DNA from: Octopus vulgaris
Taxonomy: Eukaryota
Reading direction: 5' to 3'
Assembly: GCA_951406725.2 (NCBI GenBank)
Contig: OX597838.1
Location: forward strand, 11,346,001 to 11,410,000
DNA length: 64,000 bases
Below, in pieces: positions 51,976 to 64,000 of this stretch; the first letter of the stretch is position 1, and every line of letters starts with the position of its first letter. The position numbers were made by a program, and so were the translations under genes. Under the pieces are notes generated by a model. That model worked only from the letters and a program-made list of their open reading frames with translations, did no database searches and was not told the DNA's origin.

Positions 51976-52349
51976 CTAGCGCTATGACCCGACAACGCCG
52001 GGTCATAGTGCTAGTGCATGCATATACAGCTGCGTGCGTGCGCACATACACGCGAGTACTGTCCAAATCTCCGACCAATCACATACAGCTAGCTGGCATT
52101 CAATTGGCGTATCAAGTTTCGGACATTTTGATTGGGTTTTGGATAGAAAATTCACAAAAAAGTCACTTCTATTGATTTTTTTAAATGGCTTTGCGGGGTG
52201 ACTGGGGAAATGTAAAGATGTGCACGACCACCCTTGGACGGTTTTGAATGACCATAGAAAGTGCGAGCCCTCTAACTGAAAAATTGTGGATTTGTATAAA
52301 GGACACACACACAGATACAGACATTTTGCCGTTTATATATAGAGAGAGA
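51976..52349 (-). mobile_element. Non-autonomous Helitron (second family)
   Basis: 5' TCTCTCTCTATATATAAA, 3' CCCG..CGGG hairpin and CTAG. Confidence 0.65.
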
Positions 52350-52546
52350 TTTAGCGCTGATTAGACAGAGGGTTACGACTTTCTAAACTAATGGAATCTT
52401 TTGGATAAAATAACTGACGGACGATGAATGGCAAAATAAACATTAAAGGCAAGGAAACGCTGAATAAGTCTGAATAACACAAATCTCATTACACGGCGTA
52501 ATAGTTGCAAATGGAAAAAAAAATTATTTAGAAATTAAGAAATTAA

Positions 52547-52946
52547 GGCGCAGGAGTGGCTGTGTGGTAAGTAGCTTGCTAACCAACCACATGGTTCCGG
52601 GTTCAGTCCCACTGCGTGGCATCTTGGGCAAGTGTCTTCTGCTATAGCCTCGGGCCGACCAAAGCCTTGTGAGTGGATTTGGTAGACGGAAACTGAAAGA
52701 AGCCTGTCGTATATATATGTATATATATATAAGTGTGTGTCTGTGTTTGTCCCCCTAGCATTGCTTGACAACCGATGCTGGTGTGTTTACGTCCCCGTCA
52801 CTTAGCGGTTCGGCAAAAGAGACCGATAGAATAAGTACTGGGCTTACAAAGAATAAGTCCCGGGGTCGATTTGCTCGACTAAAGGTGGTGCTCCAGCATG
52901 GCCGCTGTCAAAATGACTGAAACAAGTAAAAGAGTGAAAAAGAGTA
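52547..52946 (+). mobile_element. SINE family A
   Basis: Full-length forward copy. Confidence 0.85.
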
Positions 52947-53136
52947 AATTTACGAAAAATATATATCATTAAAAAATAAAAATGGCGAATGATTATTGCA
53001 TAGCAATTACGTAATTTTGTCATAGGAAAAAAATTGAGCGAAAGTGTTTGTGTGAAAGAAAACGAAAGAAAAATAAGGGTAAAGGAAAAAGTAATGCTGG
53101 AAAGATAGAAGGGAGAGTTAAGCGCTGCTATACAAC

Positions 53137-53349
53137 CGAGCTGGGAGAAACGTTAGCACGCCGGGCGAAATGCGTAGCCGTTACGTTCTGAGTTCAAATT
53201 AAGCCGAGGTCGACTTTGCCTTTCATCCTTTCGGGGTCGATAAATTAAGTGCCAGTTACGCACTGGGGTCGATGTAATCGACTTAGTTCGTTTGTCTGTC
53301 CTTGTTTTTCCCATCTATGTTTAGCCCCTTGTGGGTAGTAAAGAAACAG
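53137..53349 (+). mobile_element. SINE family B
   Basis: Full copy with ATACAACC direct repeat. Confidence 0.8.
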
Positions 53350-54647
53350 ATACAACCTTAGTTATGTTGATAGTATGTACAACACACACACATACACGCA
53401 CACATTCATAGGAGAGGAGAGAAGGTATGGACGATTAGAAAGTATGCATTAGACAGAGTAATTAGATAGAAAGAGATGTTAAGTTGCTTTAATTGTGTGC
53501 AATGAAAGCAATAAAAAAATATATATATACAGGTACGGAAAATTTGATATATTTTTGTTTTCATCGCACCCGAGAAGTAGCGTGTAATGCTTTCTAATCG
53601 CTCCTAGCTCCCTAATTTCAACGTTTAACTTTCCCATCCCTTCTCCAAACATTACCTTTTCCTTTACATTTCTTACCCTTTATTTTATCTTAGACAGTCC
53701 CTTTTTCACTCACTGTTTATATCTGTATCTTTAAAATTCATTTTCTCTCATTTACAATTATTTATACATCGTAAATTCTTAATTTCTGCAAAGGTATTTT
53801 TCCTTTGCTGCAAATATACCAACATGGAGAGAAGCCTCTCTCGGACTCGTAACCGCTACATCACATCACACTTCGAAGACTATACATTTGCACTCCAAGA
53901 ACAGGTGATTGATACTGAATACCTGATCGACAAAAGAGATAGCGAAGGCCTTGGATTTCCAAGATACAATCATAATTGTAGATTAACATATGCTCTACAT
54001 AATACAATTTACATTTCTCATTTTAACTCACCTTTTACTAATCTATTAGGTATTGTTTCTCGTCAATGGTCAATCTTATAATCCATCAGGTTCCATTAAT
54101 TTTGAGATTCCATAACTACCTGTCCAATCAGCGTTAAATGTTTATTTGACGATTTACCAAATAATTATTACCGCACCATTTATAAACATTTATAAACCTT
54201 TGTATTGTTCCAAAAGGTCAATTCTGTCTGATGATCTCTTACGTGAAACCCTCAGTAATAATTTGTTAAGTTTTTCAGCTTCAATAAAACACCTATATTT
54301 TACTTTACATTTAGTATTATGTACACACATAAACGCGCGTGCATGCACACATATATATGTATATATCTGTGTGTGTATACACACACACACACACACACAC
54401 ATATGCATGCTTGCTTACATTCATACGTACAAAACAACATACGTTTTAACAACAACATATACAAATTTTGTTCTTCATACTTTCAATATAATACATTTTA
54501 GATACTCCTGTTTGTAATATTCGTCAAACGTGGTTAATCGGCTCAACCAGGAGCATCATAGTCACCGCTATCATAACCTCGAACCATCTCCTCACACAGT
54601 CTTTAAATCCTTCCGCTGCATTCCATCTACATCACAAATTTGATGCT

Positions 54648-54974
<327 letters not shown>

Positions 54975-55447
54975 TCAATTCTACTTTCACTTTCATATAT
55001 ATATATATCATGCACGCATACAATATACATACTACAGCAGCAAAAATAAATAGATTAACTTAGTGCTGAAAATGAAGAAAACAATATCCTACGTGTTGGA
55101 AGTGAGCTCCCTGGGAAGTACTCTGTTCCTGATGACCTCCCAAAAAACCTCAAATCAGCATAATTCAAAGAAAACCTGGACGTGAAATATATAGAGCGTC
55201 CCGCTGTTATTGAATACAAATTATTGAATTATTCTGTGCTGGTGAAGAGAAATATCCCAGAAATCGCGATACACAAACATTGTTTTGAGCTGAGTGGGGA
55301 TGCTAGATTCCCTTGTTCGAAAATATAAGGACACAGATCGTGTCGTATAGCCAGCTGGAGACGATGTCTCCTGGGGCTAAACTACAGCAACATTAGTCCT
55401 AAACCAGACTGCCATGTTATGTTGGCAAACAATCTTTGCTACAATAA

Positions 55448-55483
<36 letters not shown>

Positions 55484-56094
55484 GCTATAGCCGCAGGCCC
55501 ACCAAAGCTTTGTGAGTGGATTCTGTACACTGAAAGAAGATATGTGCATATTTGTGTGCATGTGTGTGTGTGTGTGTGTGTGTCTTTGTACTCTCACCAT
55601 CGCTTGACAACTGATGTTGCTGTGTAACTTAGCCGTTTGGCAAAATACACCTATAGAATAAGTACTAGGCTTACAAAGAATAAATCCTGGGATCGATTTA
55701 TTCGATTAAAGACGGTGCTCCAGCATGGCAGCAGTCACATGACCGAAAGAAGTAAAACAACAAAAACTATGCCATTTTATCCCTGGGCAACGCCGGGTAT
55801 CTCTGCTTGTGTGTGTGTGTGTATGTATGTGTGTGTCTGTATGTATGTGTGTGTATGTATGTATGTGCGCGTGTGTGTATGTGTGTGTGTGTGAGTGTTT
55901 ATCTATACACTTACATAAACTTACATACACACGGCAATTCTTTGTTGTTGGGTACACGATGCCATTCACCCACACAACCCCTTCCACGTGACATAGATAA
56001 AGAGCAAGGCTGAAAAAGAAGGTGAATGATGTTGTTTCCTCATACCGACACCCTGTTGACCAATATCGAAGGATCGCCTGTATATATTAGACTC

Positions 56095-56415
56095 CATCTG
56101 GTCATGAATGACCATGGGATTGCACCTAGAAATTTCCCCTCGAGGCACAAACCCAGGCAAGCATGTTTATGGAAGACCAGCAGTCGCCCATGCATATCAG
56201 CCTCTCTCTCTACATGCTACTGATGTTATCCAAGGGAAAGGCAAAGGGCCCGATACAGCTTGGCACCAGTGACGTCATTTCTACAGTTGTGTGAACTGGA
56301 GCAACGTGAAAATAAAGTCTCTTGCTTAAGAACACAATGCACAGCCCGGTCCAGGAATCGAACTCACTACCTCATCATTGTGAGCCCGCTGCTCTAACCA
56401 CTGAGCCATGCGCCT
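56095..56415 (-). mobile_element. tRNA-derived CORE-like SINE
   Basis: Head GGCGCATGGCTCAGTGGTTAGAGCAG...GAGTTCGATTCC then tgtgttcttaagcaag...gttgctccagt; related copy at about 14600-14845. Confidence 0.65.
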
Positions 56416-56421
56416 TAACGT

Positions 56422-56422
56422 G

Positions 56423-56454
<32 letters not shown>

Positions 56455-56761
56455 TGTATGTATGTATGTATGTATGTATGTATGTATGTATGTATGTATG
56501 TATGATGTATGTATGTATGTATGTATGTATGTTTGCATGTATGTATGTATGTATGTATGTATGTATGTATGTATGTATGTGTGTGTGTGTATGTATGTAT
56601 GTATGTATGTATGTATGTATGTATGTATGTGTGTATGTATGCATGTATGTGTGTGTGTGTATGTGTGTGTGTGTGTGTACGTACTCCCACATACCAACCA
56701 TGACAATCCGACATAATCAACCGAGAAGATTGCATGATTGATAGGCTTCGGGTCTAAAGAC

Positions 56762-56814
<53 letters not shown>

Positions 56815-56822
56815 ACACACAC
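56422..56822. repeat. (TATG)n and (CA)n microsatellites
   Basis: Direct inspection. Confidence 0.9.
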
Positions 56823-57155
56823 AATGATAGATAGCTAGAGAAAGAGAAGAGAGGGTGGTGGTGCTAAATGGCATTTCTTTCAGAATAACTTCGTATGAAG
56901 GTGTGTTTCAGACAATGGTAGAGAGGTATAATGTTGTGGTGAGTCGGTGGTGTTGGATTACTTTTTTTATGAGTAGACAATATGTCTAGGAATGTTTATA
57001 TGGACGAAAAATCGGTGATCGATGTTGTGGTGTTCATGTATTTTCCATGATTATTAAGGATATTAGTGAAGGGAAATGGTAATCACTGAGTTTCGAAAAC
57101 CATTTGCAAGGAGTTCATATCTGACCGAAACAAGCACATTCTTGTATTATAAACC

Positions 57156-57228
<73 letters not shown>

Positions 57229-57282
57229 AGTTTGTGCGTGTGTATGTGTGTTGTGTATGTGTGCGTGTATGTGTGTGTGGGT

Positions 57283-57402
57283 GTCTCAGAAACATGGACG
57301 TTATCAAAGAAGCTTGAGAGGCGGTTGGATGGAACTTACACTCGCCTCCTTATGAGAGCTCAAAATCTCTCGTGGAAGCGTCATCCAACCAAAGTACAAA
57401 TA
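57283..57402 (+). mobile_element. RTE-like LINE fragment
   Basis: ETWTLSKKLERRLDGTYTRLLMRAQNLSWKRHPT. Confidence 0.6.
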
Positions 57403-57479
57403 TATATTCCTTGTCTGATAATCTTAAATCCATACCCAAAGAAGTCGCACAAATTTACCACAATACATCATTAGATAAA

Positions 57480-57950
57480 AGGATGAGCGTATATGAGTAG
57501 AAGACCATGCATGGATATGCTAGTAGAAAGCTCCGAGAGGATAGTAACATTGAGCATCAACGCAGTCTATCATGGACCAACAACCGGATTACTACCTTCC
57601 ACTTTGAAGGGTATGCGTTTACAATCCAGGAACAGGAAAGATCAATCAAATACCTGATGCACAAAAGGGACAAGCATGCAGGAAAAACAGTAAAATGTGA
57701 GAACCGATGCAGACTTTGTGGAGTTAGCACCGAAGATATCACCCACATCATAAGCAGTGGTCCGAAAATGTCATCACGGTATTATTTACCGATGAGACAT
57801 GATGTTGTAGCTAGGACACTGTATAACGAAATCCATCGAAAGAATAAGCCCAAGGACAATGAAAGAAGTACCCGCAGTATGGTGGAAGCCATAACCACTC
57901 ATAATAAAATACTAGTGTAATGTCCCAGTGAAAACCTCAATAAAATGTAA
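57480..57950 (+). mobile_element. R4/Dong-like retrotransposon C-terminal (CCHC) fragment
   Basis: EGYAFTIQEQE..CRLCG...EDITHIISSGPKM...RHDVVARTLY; similar piece at 53830-53975. Confidence 0.65.
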
Positions 57951-58835
57951 ACATACACACATATAAAAGTACCCTGTTGATGTTCTTGAAATTCCAATGA
58001 AAGATTCTTGGATCTAGGTTAGAGGCCAGCTTTTTCTCTATTGGCAAACGATCTTGAAATAAAACCGAATAATGACACATGCATGCAAAAACTTACATAA
58101 AACACGTACACACTCATATATGAATACACACTTCCATAGCTAATTTAATTTAGAATGTAAAATTTACTTTCCCACGAAGCTCAATGAATATGACACAAGA
58201 GAGGAAATTCAAGACCGCTATGAAATTCAATAGCTTTTTCACTATAATGTACAGTTGATCGAACAAAATGGCTACGCTCAATTTAAAAGTTACTAAAAGT
58301 CGTCTGCAATACGGATTTTGTCTACCTCTTTCTATGACTTGATTCACCTAACACGAACTGGTTTACTTGAGCTGTATGTCGTGAGAATTTAAATGACAGT
58401 CATAGAAAAAGGAAAAAGAATATATTAAGAATGTCTTCTTTTACATTTGACCTGTCATTGTTGTTACGGCAAGCAACATTTTAAGCAGTAGTTAGTTACA
58501 TCACTTTGCACTCATTGTTAAAATTCACGGATCAACTTTGCCGTTCTCCTTTCGGGGACAATAAAAATAAAGTAACAGTGAAGTACCGGGATTGATTTAA
58601 TCGACAAGCGCTCTAAAATTTCAACCCTTGTGACTATGTTAGAAGCAATTACTGTTATTATTATTTTTGGCGAGGCGGTGTTTAATACAGCTCTTTACGT
58701 TCTGAGATCAAATACCACCGAAGCCGACCTTACTTTCATCCTTTTGAGCTCGCTGAAATAAATCAAATACTGGGGTCCATGTAACCGAATATATCCCACT
58801 CTAAGTTTCAGGCCTTGTGCCTATAGTAGAAAAGA

Positions 58836-58918
<83 letters not shown>

Positions 58919-59113
58919 TATGTTTGACTTTTGCTTTACATTTGTACAAGTTGGCTCCAAGTCTCACCCAGAGACCTCAAGAGGCAACAGGTTGGAAGTT
59001 CGTATTGTTGTTATGCCTAGTGTGCCATATATTTGGTTTTGTATTTAGTGTTGTACTAGTGAATGACTAAAAAAAAAAAGAAAAACCGAAAGTTATGTTT
59101 GTTTTAAAACTTG

Positions 59114-59146
<33 letters not shown>

Positions 59147-59936
59147 GGTGAACAAGCTGTACGGTTAGGATGTTGGACAGGATACTTAGTGTCATTTCTT
59201 ACGGATCTTTACATTTTGAGTTGAAATATCGACGAGGTCGACTTTGTCTTTCATCCTTTCGAGATCGATAAAAGAAAATACTAATCAAGTCCTTGGGTTA
59301 ATGTAATCGACAAGCCCTCTTCTCTCAAATTTGCTGGCCTTGTATCAAAATTAAAAAGAATTAATATTATGAGCGGAAAAAAAAGTCGTTAGCGTTGGCA
59401 CTCCGTCGGTTACGACGACGAGGGCTCCAGTTGATCGGATCGATGGAACAGCCTGCTCGTGGAATTAACGGGCAAGTGGTGGAGCACTCCACAGACACGT
59501 GTGCCCTTAACGTAGTTCTCAAGAAGAAGCAGAGTCACACGGAATGTGACAAGGCTTGCCCTTTGAAATTCAGGTACTACTGATTTTTGCCAGTGGTTTG
59601 GGGGTAACGTGAAATAAAGTGTCATACTCAGGGACTCAACGCGCCGCCGGGAAGCGATCTCACGACCTTACGATTATGAGTCAAATACCCTAACCACTGA
59701 GCCACGTGCCTTCACTAGTGTTGGAAACATTACAAGGGAAACAACCAATACTGAAGTCTCTGGATGACTTCTCTTTATAAAGTATTTATGTACTGCTAAT
59801 TCGATGCTACAGACATCTGCTACCATCCGTGATTCTATGTTTCCTCAAATAAATGGTGGCGTGTCATTCTTATTTCAAGTTTCCATTGAAAAAATGCTAA
59901 AATTTCTGTAATATAAAAGTAAAAGTAACAAAATTT

Positions 59937-60699
59937 GGATCTTTACCGTTTGACCGACAGATTTAAAAAATAATTTTTTGTAACTAAACACTTTCAAACT
60001 TCGTATACTTGTAGAATGTGTGACATAAAACATCTTTTACTCTTGGTGTTGAGAAAATTCTGTATTTTGGAAGTTATTTTTTGTTAAAGTTGTCGTATTT
60101 CGGTAATTTCAACCAATCAATGACGTGTATTCAGCTGAATAAAATGACTGCTGTTGTTTGTCAACAACAACGATCGGCGGTGTATATTTCGTTTGTCACT
60201 GTTATTTTTGGCATATTTCATCTCAATTAAGTTTGTATGAATAAATGAGTGTATCTGAAGCACCACTATATTCGTTCGTGCTTCATTTTTAATTTTTTCC
60301 GTAACTCTAACCCTAAAGCCCCAACCCTAACCCCACCCTAAAAACCTAACCTTAACCCTAAAACCCTAACCCTAAAACCCTAACCCTAAAGCTAAAACCA
60401 GTACAAACGCGCGAACGATGTCATAAATAACAGTGACAAACAAAATATACACCGCCGATAGTTGTTGTTGACAAACGACGGCAGTAATTTTATTCAGCTG
60501 GATACACGTCATGGATTGGTTGAAATTACCGAAATACGACAACTTTAACAAAAAAATAACTTCCAAAATACAGAATTTTCTCAAGAATGCCAAGAGTAAA
60601 AGATGTTTTATGTGACACATTCTACCAGTATACGAAGTTTGAAAGTGTTTAGTTACAAAAAATTATTTTTTAAATCTGTCGGTCAAACGGTAAAGATCC
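59937..60699. mobile_element. GGATCTT-family foldback MITE with ~270-bp TIRs and internal CCCTAA-like repeats
   Basis: Long inverted arms (59937-~60210 / ~60420-60699); TSD CAAAATTT/CCAAATTT. Confidence 0.88.
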
Positions 60700-60703
60700 C
60701 CAA

Positions 60704-60748
<45 letters not shown>

Positions 60749-60787
60749 ACACACAAAATATGTATATATATATATGTGTCTTTTTAC

Positions 60788-60967
60788 CTGTATGTATTCT
60801 GGTGTGTCTCTTTAGATCAAAAGTATCGTTGAATCCTTTCCCGCAGTAGGAACAGAGGTACTGTTTGATGTTGCTGTGTGACTTGATGTGTCGATTGAGA
60901 AGACGTTGAGTGTGGAACGTTTTGGAGCAGAGGCTGCAGCGGAACTTCTCGTCTGTGGTTTTCTCAC
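60788..60967 (-). CDS. ovo: Ovo/OVOL-family transcription factor, zinc fingers 1-2 exon
   Basis: FRCSLCSKTFHTQRLLNRHIKSH...YLCSYCGKGFNDTFDLKRHTRIHTG is diagnostic of Ovo; donor ACAG|GTAAA (phase 1). Acceptor at 60968 (in-frame alternative at 60953). Upstream exons not found in the window. Confidence 0.9.
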
Positions 60968-61280
60968 CTGTGGTTTGGTTATACCATGGACACACACCGA
61001 AACACAGACACACAGACACACATACAACGTGGGGGAAAAAGAGAAGAAAATAGAGTAAAACGTTAAAATATATTTGAAACTGTAAAACAAAGAGGCAAGA
61101 CATAACAACCTTGCATACATACATACATACACATACATATAAAATTTTCTTCCATCATTTGTTGGGAGTTGCAAAGATGCGAAATATCGCAACATTCAAG
61201 GAAACGAAATTACACTTACCTAATGATGGAAGAAAATTTGACAGCACGTAAAAGATAATTATTTACGCAGAAAGATTTAA

Positions 61281-61588
61281 CCCCTTACCCAACAATTATT
61301 TTGAAAATAAATGTATTTTTTCAGACATATTTTTTTATTGTTTTATTTTACTATGTTTTGAATGGTGATTTCGAGGTATATTTCAAACCTTATTTATTAT
61401 GAATTTTAATTCAATAATATTGATTTTAAATTACCGCTTTGGGCAGAAACAAGTTAACCCGTTTTTAGACGAAGGAACTCGTTTGCTGTCGATTTTGGCG
61501 AGTCTATCTTTTGACGAGTTAACTCGCCAGAGATGGAAAAAAACGATTTCGGTCAAAACGCATATATTCGTTTCTGCCGGGTGAGGGG
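61281..61588. mobile_element. piggyBac-type MITE (second family)
   Basis: TTAA|CCCCTTACCCAACA...TGCCGGGTGAGGGG|TTAA. Confidence 0.6.
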
Positions 61589-61592
61589 TTAA

Positions 61593-61666
<74 letters not shown>

Positions 61667-62423
61667 CTTTCAATGTGTGTGTTTATATTTATGTGTGTAT
61701 GTTTAAGTCTTTTGGACAAATATTTTGAAAATCCTAAAGAGATCTTCTTATGAAAATAATTGTGCACGTGTGAGTGTGTGTGAGTTGTAAATCATTTTCA
61801 ATAAAACGGAAAGGTAATTTTAGTAAATCAACGAAAGATTAATTAGCTATATTATTATATTTCTGATTGAAGGATTTTTGAAAATTTGTTCAATACAGAG
61901 GATGGTTCTTGATAATAATTTCAAAACTTACAACAGAGTGAAATAGATATTCCAAAGTCACAGCAACATTTGAGCTGACTAATTAAGAATTACTGGATTA
62001 TTGATATGTTTTTTGTTCAGAATTTTTACGGATCAAAAAGTCAAATCCATTCAGCCGCATAGCTTGTCGTCTTAGCGACATCAATTACAAAGAATTGTTG
62101 CTAAAGGGAGAAAGCCAAAATGCATTTTTCTCAAAGCATGCTTTCCGTAGTTATTTTATCGACATAAAAAAAGCAATCTTTACCGACAAGCAGGAGAGAA
62201 ATGATAGTTATTGAAAGATCGGAAGGGGTGGACAAAAAATTCCATATGCGTTTTTCTTTAAGTATGCCTAAAGGAAGCAGAATGGGAATACAGCAAAGTA
62301 TCGAATCTGGACGGGTTTCCTTTGAAACAAAGTAACTGCATTACAAGCTTAAATTAATTTTTGAGTTATATAAAAAATAAACGCCCGTGCAGTGCATGAC
62401 TTGCATGCCTCGACTGCACACCA

Positions 62424-62483
<60 letters not shown>

Positions 62484-62702
62484 ATTGTTCTTGGGGACAT
62501 ATCTATTTAAATTGAACTCCCTTGAGCGAAAATATAAGGACGCAGATAGTGCGTCGATAGCCAGCTGGAGACGATGTTTCCTGGAGCTAAATAACAGCAA
62601 CATTAGTCCTAACCAGGACTGCCACATTATCTTTACTCTCTCTATATATGTATAAGTATACATACATACATACATACATACATACATACATACATACATA
62701 CA

Positions 62703-62748
<46 letters not shown>

Positions 62749-62821
62749 GATGTTGATTCGTTAGCTACTGCACGCATTTTTTTTTCTCTCCTTCTTTCTG
62801 TGTTTTTTTTCTCTCTGTGTA

Positions 62822-62859
62822 TCTTTCTGTTGAAGAGCGTAGGCTCGAAACGTTAAAGA
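62822..62859 (+). ncRNA. Minimal hammerhead-like motif
   Basis: TCTTT-CTGTTGA-A-GAGC-gtag-GCTC-GAAACGT-T-AAAGA. Confidence 0.55.
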
Positions 62860-63075
62860 CTTGTTTTATTTATATTTCCTGAGCGCCATACTAATACAAT
62901 TGTTTGGTTGTTTCCCACCTGCCTTCGTCTTTTGTCTATTTTCATAAAGCTTCCCGTTATATATATATATATATATATAGTTATGAAAAAAGGGGGTCGA
63001 ATTAATTAATTATTAATAAATTCGACCAAGCAGTATTCGGTATGTAAAGACCATTTACGGTATATTTGAAGTATT

Positions 63076-63285
63076 AATTTATAAAAATATGGTAAAGTAA
63101 AAGAATTCACTTTACCACACACCGAACTTTTCAGAAATAGCAGCCATAAATATGGCTATTTCTTCAACTGCAAATAAAAGTCTCCAGACAATGCATACTC
63201 AGAAAAATAACTCAGTTCGGTGTTCAAAAAAAAGTTCGGTGTGTGGTAAAGTGAATTCTTTTACTTTACCATATTTTTATAAATT
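63076..63285. repeat. 56-bp perfect inverted repeat between TA tracts
   Basis: Arms 63076-63131 and 63230-63285. Confidence 0.85.
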
Positions 63286-63599
63286 TATATATATATATAG
63301 ATATATAAATATATAAATAAATACTCACACACACACACACATATATATATATACTAGAATAATAAAGAGAAAGTTTTTGGTACAGTATTAAATATATATA
63401 TTTCAAAGAATGAGTTGAGATGGCTTTTTTGAGGGGGTAACTTATATTTTAGTCATAATAATGTTTACATTTAGTTACTCTGATATCAGTTTCTAGCTTC
63501 ATGTAGCCGTTTCCAAACTGAAAAATGTATGTTTTACTGGTTGCTTAAATAGCAAAAGATTTTTTTTTCTTATAAGAATACATATCAACAAATTGTGTA

Positions 63600-63808
63600 T
63601 ATGTGTACACACATATACATATATATATACATATATATATATACATATATACGACGGGCTTCTTTCAGTTTTTGTCTACCAAATCCACTCACAAGGCTTT
63701 GGTCGGCCCGAGGCTATAGTAGAAGACACTTGCCCAAGGTGCCACACAGTGGGACTGAACCCGAAACTATGTGGTTCGTAAGCAAGCTACTTACCACTCC
63801 TACGCCTA
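63600..63808 (-). mobile_element. SINE family A, 5' half
   Basis: Head plus TA tract only. Confidence 0.75.
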
Positions 63809-63895
63809 TACATATGTAAGTATGTAAGTATACATATGTAAGCATATACATTTGTATAATGATGTTTCGAAGTTAGGTTACAACCCTATTAATAA

Positions 63896-64000
63896 CTAGC
63901 AGTATCGCCCGGCGTTGCTCGGGTTTGTAAGGGAAATAACTATATAAGCATTTTTAGAGATGTAAAGTATAATAGCCATCTCAATATGGCTAACCACAAA
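63896..64000 (-). mobile_element. Non-autonomous Helitron 3' end (truncated by window)
   Basis: Matches 24654-24758. Confidence 0.8.

Noticed and set aside
54224-54260. CTGATGA-tctcttacgt-GAAACCCTC hammerhead-like string
   Set aside because: The core is present but helices I, II and III do not pair convincingly; too weak to call.
56885-56896. ATAACTTCGTAT, 12 of 13 bases of a loxP half-site
   Set aside because: No second inverted half-site at the 8-bp spacing; chance match.

Overview
AT-rich, intron- and repeat-rich animal genomic DNA. The SINE families and microsatellite load look like an octopus (coleoid cephalopod) genome, which is an inference. Three protein-coding genes are supported by splice-phase-consistent reconstruction. 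(1) A complete 8-exon USP30 deubiquitinase on + (26759-42311, 470 aa, N-terminal TM anchor, Cys-His-Ser triad). (2) The last two coding exons of an Ovo/OVOL C2H2 zinc-finger gene on - (60788-60967, 54648-54940). (3) One large coiled-coil exon on - (5127-6030) resembling the RIMBP/JAKMIP N-terminal coiled coil. The rest is mostly SINEs (at least four families), decayed LINEs (RTE, CR1-like, R4/Dong-like, Penelope), Tigger, Tc1/mariner and hAT fragments, piggyBac-type and 8-bp-TSD MITEs, non-autonomous Helitrons and satellites. Most ORFs in the supplied track are repeat-derived artefacts. The most unusual signals are (i) several Penelope-type minimal hammerhead-ribozyme motifs, including mirror-image pairs inside long palindromes next to (TA)n, and (ii) a GGATCTT-ended MITE family ranging from 763 bp down to a 25-bp element with a perfect 8-bp TSD.
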